Under the pieces are notes generated by a model. That model did not search any database. It was given only the letters and a program-made list of their open reading frames with translations, and had not been told where the DNA came from. Both the position numbers and the translations under genes were made by a program. DNA of 64,000 nucleotides from Podarcis erhardii (lineage: Eukaryota), in NCBI GenBank assembly GCA_964252035.1, contig OZ176213.1. The stretch is one strand, 5' to 3'. The first letter of the stretch is position 1. Each line of letters opens with the position of its first letter. Positions 12,601 to 24,900 of the stretch are shown here, piece by piece.

Positions 12601-15600
12601 CTTCCTCAGTGTGAAAGCGATGGATGGTCTCTACTCAACATTATCAGCCAGGAAGAGGCAAGATGTGTATGACTTCCAGAAGGCTTATTTAGCTTATCAG
12701 TTTGCTGATTCAGGTAAGGAGCCAAAGGGGCAGGTCTTAGGAATTTCACCCTGATACAGGAGCAGGGAATGGATAGAGCTGGCAGACCAAATCCTTATCT
12801 CCCCTGCCCCCTGTGGGCCAAGCTTGACAGGGGAGCGTGGTGGTTCACCTGCTCATCATTTGATGCCACAGGTGACCTGTTTTTGTCACCATAGCTTGAA
12901 GTTGTGTCACATGGGCCAAAGTGCTGTGCTGTTAATGCCGCAACAACCAGCTGATTGGCAGTACCTGCAAAGCCCTTTTGACAACCGGATGATATGTATG
13001 TCAAGTGTTGGGCAGGTGGTGGTGGGGTCTTGGCCAAAACAGTTTCACTGGCCAAATGGGAGGCCTGGTGGACCTAATTATTGAGCCTTCCCCCAACCTC
13101 AGCCGCTAGTTCAGTTGCTGAGTGTTTATGAACAGTTTATCTGCTCAGAAGTTTATCTCTTCGGTGCTTGGGGCAAACTGTTCTGTTGGCTGGAAGAAGG
13201 GCAGGGAAGGAGGAGGAGGGTGTAATAGACTTCCAACATTATTTCTGCACAAATTCGTCATTTGTAAGGAACCCAGCTGTGGATTTTAGTCCATCTTCGC
13301 TTGACACATTCTCTTGCCTCCACAGGGTCAGCGTGCGATGGTGGGACTACAGGAATCCGAGACTGGCTGACAAAGAATTTGGGGGAGTTTTGCACAGTGG
13401 CTAAGCTGAGTGAACTTCAAGCTTTTTACCCAGAACTTGATGGAGTAAGTTTTTCTCGGCACTGTGCTCCAGAGGGGGCTGCCCCACCTCATTCCTCTGC
13501 AGGGAACAGTAGCAGCCCTGTGCAACGATGAAAGTATCTTCATCCAGCCTAAAATCGACAAAAGGGAGCTGACATATCTTTAAGGGAAAGGATTGATGTT
13601 CTCTGTAGTCTCTTTATATTCCACTCTTTCTTCTCTTCTTGAGTTTTCAAGCTACTGCTTGCTTTAGAAAGTAAATACTTCAGAAATCAACCTGATTGGC
13701 ATCCAAATTGTCTTTCTAAGGCTGGTGTTTAGTTTAATCAGTAGCAATCTGGGGAGCAAATTTCTCCCGTAGTGGTTCCGTTTTCAATGCCTGAGTATCA
13801 TCATTAAGCTGAGATGCAGCAAAATGAAGCTGTGCATTTTCTTCTAAAGCAAACACAGATTTTTAACACAGATGGCGTAATGTTTTCAAGGACAGTACGG
13901 ACATGGAAAATCACCCATGAATTCTGTCAAAATTTAAGCAAGAAGGGGTTTTTTGGGTGGGTATCTTCCTTACATATTTTAAAAAGAACACTGTATTTAA
14001 CCATGTAACAACGGTTCTAAATCAAACATGATTTTTCTGTGTTTTGGAAATGGTTGCTGATATCCAGAGCATCGTCTTTCTACCCGCTCTTTATTCTGTG
14101 GTTGTGCTCATCTGCTCAATTAATAAAATAATAATAATGTTGAAAACAGCTGAATTGGTATGTTTCATGGTGGTGTTTTCTTTAAGAACACACACACATA
14201 CACACACACACATTAGTAATGTGGTCCTTTTAACCCCACACCCATGCCCCCGAAAGGTGGGATCAGACATGGGATGGAGTAGAAATTCAGTCCAATTCAC
14301 ATTTCACTTGCAGTTTCTGCAACAATATATTAACAGAAACCCAGTGGTATCCTTTGAACTTTGCACCGCTCCAGATTTTGCAATGCGGTGCTCCACCCAA
14401 GCAATATATACGAAAGATGGGGCAACGCAGGCCTAAAAATGCATACAGGAGTAAAGGATAGCATGCAAAAACGCATTAAGCTAGGGGGAATTGCTTTGCA
14501 CAAATGTGCCCATCAAGGAAAACTGCATAAAAAAACATGTATTTTAGGAGAAATATGCACTAAAATGTTTTTGAATTTTAATGAAGGCTTAACCAAAATT
14601 AAAACAAACAAACACAAAATTATTGGAAAAATGAGAAACAAGGAAGAACTGAAACTGATTAGGCCAGCCCTACATGGGATACTGAGCGTTTCGACCAACT
14701 GATTGCTACTGATTGAACTAAGCTTAAAAGCATCTTTTGCCAACCTGTGGCCCTCCAGACTCTTTTGGACTACAACCCCCATCAGCCACATTCTTGGGGG
14801 GGGGAGTGGGGTAGGCAGTATCTACAGCAGGAATGAATAAATGGATTCATACTCCATAAATAGGTATGTAACAGTGAAGTATCTTTATTGGTTGCATTCA
14901 ATTAAATTTTACTCAGATTAGAGCCATTGGAATTAATGGATTCAGGCTCATCATCTCCATTACTTTCAATTGGTCTATTCTGACAGTAGATGCAGCCCCA
15001 CGTCTCTTAGGCTGCAACCTGGGAGTATGCTCCACTTAGCTCAGTGGGGTTTATTTCTGAGTAGACCTGCACAGAATTTGCTCTGTTAACAATATTAGGC
15101 TGCAATCCAAACATGGAGGTGTGGCAAAGTTCATTTATAGCTATGCTAGTTGTGACCAATAGCACCTAGGGAAGCCACGCCTAATTGCAGACCTGGGGCG
15201 GTGGCCAAGGCTGGATGTGCAGACAGAATAGTGACCTGTTCTGGTCACATCCACACCACACTTTTAAAGCACTCTTACGCCACTTTAACAGTCATGGCTT
15301 CCTGCAAAGAATCCTGGGAACTATAGTTTTCCCAAGGTGCTGAGAATTGTATGTCTATGAGGTACAACTCTCAAATCCAATCACAGCTCAGTTGGAGGAA
15401 AAGTAGGCAAGCTTTTGCTGCTTTCTTAGTCTCAATTGCCCATCTGTAAAATGGGACCAAGGCAGGAACCTCACAGGGTTAAGGGCAAAAGGAAGCAAGG
15501 GTTTTCATATAAAAACAACAGAGGTCCAGGCCAATAATAATAATAATTAATAATAAATTTATTTTTACCCTGCCAATCTGGCTGAGTTTCCCCAGCCACT

Positions 15601-18600
15601 CTGGGTGGCTCCCAACAGAATTAAAAGCACAATAAAATACCAAACATTAAAAACTTCCCTAAACAGGGCTGCCTTCAGATGTCTTCTAAAAGTCAGATAG
15701 TTGTTTCTTTCCTTGACATCTGATGGGAGGGCGTTGCACAGGGCGGGCGCCACTACCAAGAAGGCCCTCTGCCTGGTTCCCTGTAGCTTCACTTCTCGCA
15801 CGGAGGGAACTGCCAGAAGGCCCTCAGAGCTGGATGATGGGGAGTGGAGACGCTCCTTCTGGTATACTGGGCCGAGGCTGTTTAGGGCTTTAAAGGTCAG
15901 CACCAACACTTTGAATTATGCTCGGAAACATACTGACCTATCCGATACAGTGCTTTGAAGCTGGCACCAGACTCTGGTAGCATGAATTTTTAAACTGTCT
16001 ATAAAGGCTCTCACTGATGGGATACCAAAAATGGTTAGGGTGCTTCCAGATTTTCCTTGACATCTGATCGTTTAGTCCAAGACCCCCTGATTTTTAGAAA
16101 GTGGGGTGTTTTTACAGAACGGGGCCACTAGCTAAGAATCTGAACTTTTGTACACACTCAAGGGCAGCCTGATTACTAGGAAAAGGTCTAGTTTGTGTGG
16201 GTGACAGGAGTGAGCCAGCAATAAATCACACCGAGCAAGTTGGAGTAATTCTTTATTAGCAAAAACAGCATCTGCACAGCATTGTCAGGCCTAACGAGCA
16301 CAGCAGCTCATCTCCAGTAGGTCCCATGCTCCCATGAAGCAGTCACTGAGTCTGAAGGTCCCCACCTCCCCACAGCTGCTTAAGTCCCTTCCTCACCAGG
16401 GTTTTCCCCAAGCAATTGGAGATTGCACCTGCATGAAGCTAACTTCTCACCGTCCTTTTAATGCTTCTTCTTGTTCTGGGAGACCAAGAGGCAGGGGAGC
16501 TCATTGCAGCAGGAGGGGGAGACATACATGCCAGACTCTTCTCTGCCTCTTGGCCTCCCTCCTCTCCAGCCTCCACTTCTGCCTCCAGTTCTGGACTCCT
16601 CTGCCACAGACTTACTAAACCCTGTTACCTCTTCAGCTTTCAACAGCTCCTCCTTCCAGTCTTCTTCTTCTCCTCCCTGTGTCCACTTATCGTCGTCTCA
16701 CTAGCAATCCCTGGGTTCTGAGCCTCAGCTGGTTCCTTCCACCATTCTTCTGTGTCCAACCAGTCCATGACATCAGGCAGTAGGGAGAGGAGCACACCTC
16801 AGTTGCAGAGCACCTGCTTTGCATGCCAAAGGGCCCAGGTTGGATCACCAGCATCTCCAGGTAGGGCTGAGAAAGAGTCCTATTTAAAATTCTGAGAACC
16901 TCTGCCAGTCATTGTTGATTGTAGTGAACCAGATGGACCATTGCCCTGAGTTAATATAAGGCAGCTCTGTATGTAACCTGGAATTTGATACAGACACCCC
17001 CCATTACTTATATAATAATTATTTTAAATGGCCCATCCCCATCTCCCATGCCTGGTGTGTTCCAGGGCACCATCACCACTGGGAATAGTGGAAGCCTTCA
17101 GGTAAGACAAAGCAAAGCCTGGCACAAAACTTGATAAATGGCATTTGACCGGGTGAATAGACACAAGTGAAAACGGATTGCATTGGAAATGATGAAGACT
17201 AGGGGTGCACATCCACTCTGGATAAAGTCCAGATATGAAGCTGAAGTATTAGAGGTAGCCAGACCTCCTCTGGAAATGAAATGGGTCTTGCCAGAAGTGG
17301 TCCCAAGCAAACCAGTCTAGTTCCAAAGCTTCCAGTCTTCCTACAGTAATTCCTTATAATTAATCCGCAGATGGAGAACCCTTCTGCCCTCAGACCAGCC
17401 CAAGCAGCAGACCTAACTGTCATTGCCCAGATGTTGCACAACTCCACCCTGGCCAGCCTGGCTCTTGGGGTCGTGAAGAACTTTAAAAACTATGGCTCGC
17501 TTCATGAATATTTGTCCAGGCTCAAAGGCCCTCCCTGCAAGGTAAGGTTGGGGGGCGGGCGGTTCCCATGCCATTTTGTGATGTGCTAAAATCTATTTCC
17601 TTGGCCACAGTCTCACTTGATCTATGTGTTCCAACTTTCTGATACCTCTCCTTGATAAGACAGTGTTCCATTTTGTGCCTGTTTTGGATGACTTCTACAC
17701 AATTTTCTGGTTCATGCCAATGAAGAGCATCTCATAGCCAAACACAGGACAGATCCACACTGTGCATTAAAACATATTTAATGCATATTTAAAGCATGTG
17801 TCTTTCCCCAAAGAATCCTGGGAGTTGTAGTTGGTAGGGTGCTGGGAATTGTAGCTCTATGAGGTGGGACTACAGTTCCCAGGATTCTTGGCGGGGGGGG
17901 GGGGGAGTGAGGTACTTTAGATGCAGCCACAGGAGGGGAGAGTGCTCATGTGCTCAGATCCTGTTACGGGTTTCCAACGGGCATCTGGTTTGTCACTGTG
18001 AGAACAGCATGCTAGACTAGATGGGCCATTGGCCTGATCCAGTAAGCTGTTCTTGTTTTCTTCAATGTATGTCCAATGTGTGTCCAATGTATGGTGTGGA
18101 TCTGCCGATAGGCTCTATTTTGTGCTTTCCATCAATGTGTAATCTAGTGGAACGGGCTTGTGAAAGCCAGCTCCCTCCCTGCATTCATATCTCTTGATAT
18201 GTTTTGTGAACAAGTCTGTTGAGCCTAAGCATACCACTGGCACACCCTACAGAAATCCTGAAAGCTCTTTCTTTCTCTGGACTGTTGTGAAGCCCACTTC
18301 TTTCATCCCTGTGTCTTCCACGCAGAGCTACAAGCCCACAGAAATCTTGTCTATGTGTCAAGGACCTTCTCCACTGGCTGCTCTCACCCCTGAAAGCCAG
18401 CAAGAGCTTTTGGACAATGTATTTCTCTTCCTCAAGAAAGGAGGAGGTTCAATGGACTCCTCTCAGTGGAACGAAGTCTACCACCTTTTGCTCTCCAACT
18501 TCCTACCGACTCTGGGGACATCCCGCCACCCCCAATCATCCTCCAAGGCAGCATGTGAACACTTCCATTCCACGTAAGTCAGAGGTGCCGTAATATGGGT

Positions 18601-18917
18601 GGGGTGGGGGGGGGGGAAGTGTACAAAAAAAGAAAGAAAAGGCATCTATTACTGAAAATAACGTTCAGAAATGCAGAAGAAAGGGTGGCTTGTAAAAATG
18701 TGCATATTGGGTAAGACTGAGTACAAAAACTAGGAGACATATGCACTAAAACACTTAACAATTTTCATGAGGACTTTTAAAAACAAATAAACAAATATTG
18801 CAGACTGATGGGGTGGAGCTTAAGACTAGGAAAAAAATGAGAAACTGAGAGAAACCAACATTGACAGATTCACCCACCCCTATATCATATAACCTTGAAT
18901 TTTGTTGAAAATGATAG

Positions 18918-18971
<54 letters not shown>

Positions 18972-21900
18972 AAGAGGAAATAGATAAATTTCTGAACAGA
19001 GCCTCCTAGAATCTTATGTTGCTCAAAAGGTCCCACACTAAAAAAATACCTCACCTGCTGCTTCAAAACTTACAGTATTTTTTAATCGCAGAATGAAGGA
19101 GATTGTTGCACTTCACCCCGGCCTTACTAAATGGCAGGAAGAACTTGCAGAGGTCAAAAGCCTTTGCCTCCTGGGTGATCAACAACCCAAACCCACAGGT
19201 AACCTTTCATTACTAAGGTGGAGGGTCTTCCTTCAGTCTGAGGGTGGCATTCCCTTCTTAGAGAGCCAGTGTGGTGTAGTGGTTAAGAGCGGTAGACTCG
19301 TAATCTGGGGAACCGGGTTCGATTCCCCGCTCCTCCACATGCAGCTGCTGGGTGACCTTGGGCGAGTCACACTTCTTTGAAGTCTCTCAGCCCCACTCAC
19401 CTCACAGAGTGTTTTTTGGTGGGGGAGGAAGGGAAAGGAGAATGTTAGCCACTTTGAGACTCCTTCGAGTGGTGATAAAGCANNNNNNNNNNNNNNNNNN
19501 NNNNNNNNNNNNNNNNNNNNNNNNNNNNNNNNNNNNNNNNNNNNNNNNNNNNNNNNNNNNNNNNNNNNNNNNNNNNNNNNNNNNNNNNNNNNNNNNNNNN
19601 NNNNNNNNNNNNNNNNNGAAGAAAAGTGAGCAGAACGTAGGAAGTCAGATTGTTGGTCCTCTTAGCTGACATGTTCCCAAACTGATACTTCCTCTCTTTC
19701 CATTTGCAGCAGCAACACAAATCCCTGAAAGAACGGCAAATCACCCCCCTGGAGGTGCCAAAACTCAGAACGTTGCAAATGTCACAGGTGATGCCCCTGG
19801 GCAATCTGTGTCTCGCAGTCCTGGAGATGCCACCACTCGTCCAACCGAGGTCCCTGCAGCTGCCACAGGGGCCATCCAGGGAGAGGCTGGAGGCATCTCT
19901 GGCAGTGCCCGAACTCTCCACCCAGGAGGCAACACAGGACGGACAACTGGATGGTCTGCATCTTGCACTTCAAGGCAGACCACCACTCCCACCCTTGGAA
20001 GTGCCATAGGCAATACCCCTGACATCACAAGAGGCACCACAAGCAGCATCCCTGCTGCTCCTACAACACACAGCCCTGAGAGTGCCACGGGCCACATCCC
20101 TGGAAATTCTACAGGCATCATCCCTGGTGGTGGTACAACTCACATCCCTGGAGGCACAACCAGCAACGTTACTAGAGGAGCCTCAACTCAAGTCCCTGGT
20201 GGAGCAACAAGCAACATCCCTGGTGGTTCTGCAACCAACATCCATGGTGGAGCAACAAGGAAAATCCCTGATGCTGCTGCAACTCACATCTCTGTAGGAG
20301 CAACAGGCAACACCATTGGTGGAGGTGCTGCAATTGACCTCCCTGGTGGAGCAACAAGCAACATCCCTGGTGGTTCTGCAACTCACATCCCGGGAGCTAC
20401 TGAAACTTCAGTTCATGGAAGCTCAAACAGCAACATTCCTAGAAGAACTACAGCTCCCATTCCTGGAAGGGATACAGCATACAGTCAAAGTATCCCGGGT
20501 GCTGGAGCAAGCTCTGTCACTGGGGGCAATACAACTCACATCCCTGGAAATGTTTCTGGAGGTGCCCCTGCATATGCATGGACTCACCCAGTCCTATTTT
20601 TCACCTGCCTTCTCCTCCCTTGCTTTATTGTAACCATTTCCCCATAGTGCACCTCTGTTTCACAACCCACCTGCAAATTTGCCTAAATAAGAGACACTCT
20701 TTGGAATCAGACTACAGTGTTGTGTATCAGTGTCTTTCCAGATAAGTGGTAGCACTTTTATAGCATCCTGCTACTCTAGAATCTTGAATTTGTTGTGTTT
20801 GATTACACAGAATATATTTATCATGCAATAAATCATCCGTCCACCCAATGGTGCACATCAAAGTATTCTGGTATCCTTCTAGCTTCACATTACCGTGAAA
20901 TTTGTACAAAATGGGATTGCCATATTTCAAACAGTGAAGATCTGGACGGAAAAGTTGTTGAGCTTTTTTTTTGGGGGGGGGCAAAATCTTTTGGAAAATC
21001 GGCAAAAAATGACACTGCCAACATGGGCTGCCATATATCTGGATTTTCCCGGACATTTCCACGATTTTTGTCCAGACACTGGTGCCAACTGCAATATTCC
21101 GTGCATGTCCGGGAAATTCTGGCCTTATGGCAACCCCAAATAAAGATGTAGGTTGTTGTGTGAAAAGAGGACCATGTGTGGCTTCTGTAGAAAGCATTTC
21201 CCCTTCTTTGCTTCATAAATCTTATTTTCCTTAGTAGCAGTAGAAAGAAAGGTTTGGTGGAAGCTCTATCATCTAATATTTAATATTTATTGCTGAACAT
21301 TCCTTATTTCAGAACATCTCAGTTTGGAAAAGCAGCTGGACATTGCTGGGTGCCTCCCCCACCATTCTGTTCCTCTCCCCTGACCCCTAACAGAGTTTAG
21401 CCCACATAGCGAGTTAAAGTTAGGCAGTTCAGCGGGACTTATTAGGCATAGTGACACACAGTTATACCAAGTCAGATCATTGGTCCATCTAACTCAGTAT
21501 TGTCTCCAATGACTGGCAGAGGCTCTCCAGGGTTTCAGACAGGGAGTCTCTCCCCACCCTACCTGGATGTGAAGCAGGGGCAGTGATGGGTGTGGCCTAA
21601 AGAAAGCGGGTGTGTCTGGGAAGAGGGTGTGGTGTAGGAGAGTCCTGAGGGCCACATAAAGAGGTTTGGAGGGCCAGATGTTTACAATAATACATTAGAG
21701 GAGGGAGGGAGGAGAGTTATGGACCTCTAGAAGGAAAAAGGCACCCAGATCAAAAGGAAGGGCCAAAGAAAGGCTGGGTTTCAGGGAAGGCGGATAAAGA
21801 AGTGATGCAAGGTAGGTATGAATAATAGAATGAAGTTCTTAAGAAGAAGAAAAGTGAGCAGAACATAGGAACACAGGAAGCAGCCTCGCACCAAGTTGGA

Positions 21901-24900
21901 TCGTTGGTCCACTTGGCTCAGAAGTTTCCAAACTGATTATTTTCTCTCTTTTTTTCATGTTCATTTTCAGCAACACAAATCCCTGAACGAGCCCCAGATG
22001 ACATCCCCGGAGGCTCCCCAGGCGATATCCTTGGAGCGGCTGAAACTCAAAATGTTACAAGTGTTCTAGCCAATTCCCCTGAAACAACCAAAGGGGGCAC
22101 TTTTGAAGAAGCTGCAATTCATGGTCCTGGAGATGCCACCACTGTTGCAACTGATGCCTCTGCAGCTGCCACAGGGGACACGCAGAGGGCTGTGACCTTC
22201 ATCCCTGGCAGGCAAACAGGAGGCACCACTGGCAGTGCGGCAACTCTCCACCCTGCAGGAAGCACAGGAGGGATGCCAGGAGGGACTGCATCCTACATCT
22301 TGAGACAGACCACTACTCTCATCCTTGGAAGTGGAGGCATCTCAATAAACTTCCTTAATGGTGCTGCAACTCACATTCCTGGAGCAGCAACTGGCGACAT
22401 TCTTGGGGGTGCTGTAATTAATGTCCCAGGCAATATTGTTGGTGGCACTGCAACTCACATTCCTGTTGGGGTAACAGGCAACATCTATGGTGGTACTGTA
22501 ACTGACATTGCTGGAGGTGCCACGGGCAGGATCCTTGGTGATACAGAGCCTCCCATCCCTGGAGGTGCAACAGGCTACATTCCAGGTAGTGCTACAAGGC
22601 ACATCCCTGGAGAAACAGGAGGCAACCTCACTGGTGGTTTTGCAACTGACAACCCAGGTAGGGCAACAGGCAACATAACTTCAGGTTCTGCAACTAACAT
22701 CCCTGGCGGAGCAACAGGCAACATCTTTGATGGTTCTGTAACTCAGATCCCTGGTGACACAACAAACAACATCATTGGTGGTTCTGCAACTCACATCTCT
22801 GTAGGCACAGGAGTCAATGCAGCTGGTGGTTCTGCAACTGATATCACAGGTGATGTAACAGGCAACATTCCTGGTGGTCCTACAACGCACATTCCTGGTG
22901 AAACAGGAGGCAACTTGGCTGGTGGTTCTGAAACTGGCATCCTTGTTGGTGCAACAAGCAATTTCCCTGGAGGTTCTGTAACTCACAACTCTGTAGCCAC
23001 TGCAGACAACACTGATGGTGGTTCTGCAACTCAGATCACCCATGGTGCAACAGGCAACGTTCCTGATGGTGCTGTAACTGACAAACCTGGAGGTGTAACA
23101 CGCGGCATAACTGGTGGTTTCCCTACTCAAATCTCTGTAGGCACAACTGGCAACATTCCTGGTGGTTTGACAGTATATATCCCTGGCCAAACAGGGGGCA
23201 ATCTCTATAGTGGCTCTGCAACTGGCATCACTGGTGCAACAACAGGCAACATCTCTGGTGGTTCTTCAATTGACACCCCTGATGGTGCAACAGGCTATAT
23301 CTCAAATGCTGCTGTAACTAACATTCCTGGTGGTACAATAAACAACATCCTTGGTTCTGCAACTCATGTATCTATAGACACAAGGAGCAACACTGCTGGT
23401 GGTTCTGCAACTGACATCCCTGGTGAAATGGGAGAAAACACTGCTGGTCATTCTGCAACTGGCATCCCTGGTGGCGCAATAGATGTGTCTGAAGGTTCTG
23501 CAACTCACAACTCTGTGAGCACAGCAGGCAACATTGATGGTGGTTCTGCAAATGACATTGCTAGCACAGCAACGGGCAACATTCCTGATGGTGCTGCAAC
23601 AGACATCTTTGGTGGAGGAACAGGGAACAGCTCTGATGGTTCTACAACTGACATCCTTGGAGAGGCAACAGGCAGCATTGCTGGTGGTTCTAAAACTCAC
23701 ATCTCTGTAGGCACAACAAGAAGTAACACTGCTGGTGGTTCTGAAGCTGACACTGCTGGTGCAGCAACAGACAACATTTCTGACATCCTTCATGGCATCA
23801 CAGGCAACATACTTGGTAGTGCTGCAACTCACATCTCTGTAGGCACAAGAGACAACATTGCTGGCAGGTTTGCAACTAACATGCAAGGTGCAGCAACAGG
23901 CAACATCCCTGAAGTTGCTACAGCTGACATTGCTGGTGCAGCAACAGGCAACATTCCTAATGGTCCTACAACACGTGTCCCTGGTGAAACAGGAGACAAC
24001 CTCACTGGTGGTTCTGTAACTGACATTGCTGGTGCAGCAACAGACAACATCCCTGCAACTAACATCCTTGGTGGTTCTGCAACTCACATCTCTGTAGGTA
24101 CAACAGGCAACAGTGCTGATGGTTCTGCAGCTGATATTATTAATGGTGCAACAAGAAACATTCCTGGTGGATTCACAACTGGCATCCTTGGAGAGGCAAC
24201 AGGCAGCAGCACTGATGGTTCTTTAACTCCCGTCTCTATAGGCACAAGAAGCAATGCTGCTGGTGGTTCAACAGAAATTGTCTCTGGGGGTTCAGCAGCT
24301 TACAACTCTGTAGGCACAGGGGGTAACATTGATGGTGGTTCTGCAACTGACATCACTGTTGGTGCTACAGGTCACATCCCTGACGGTGCTGCAACAGACA
24401 CTGGAATTGCAGCAGCAGGCAACATACCACATGCTGCTCCAACCTTCATCCCAGGTGGCACAACAAACAATATCCTTGATAGTTCTGCAAGTGGCATTAC
24501 TGTTGGTGCAACAGGCAACATTCCTGGTGGTTCTGCAACTGACATTCTTACAGAGGGAACAGAGAGCATCTCTGGTGGTTCTGAAACTTATGTCTCTGTA
24601 GGCACAACAACAAGGAGCAATACTGTTGGTGGTTCTGCAATCGGCACTGCTGGTGGAGCAACAGGCAACATCACTGGTGGTTCTGCAACCAACATAACTG
24701 GTGGTGCCACAAGCAACACCCCTGGTAGTTCTGCAACTCAAATTCCTCATCACACAACAGGCACCCTCAGTGGTGGTGATGCAACTCAGATCCCTGTTAC
24801 AGCAACGGGCAACATGTGTGGTGCTGCTGCATCTGACATCCCTAGTAGCACTACAGGCAACATCCCCAATGGCTCTGCAATTGACCTCCCTGGTGGTGCA

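Noticed and set aside
15565-15909. 114-aa minus ORF (and 51309-51596) as host genes
   Set aside because: These are decayed L2 ORF2 C-terminal fragments.
19352-19921. ORFs spanning the N run
   Set aside because: Artefacts of translating through the gap.
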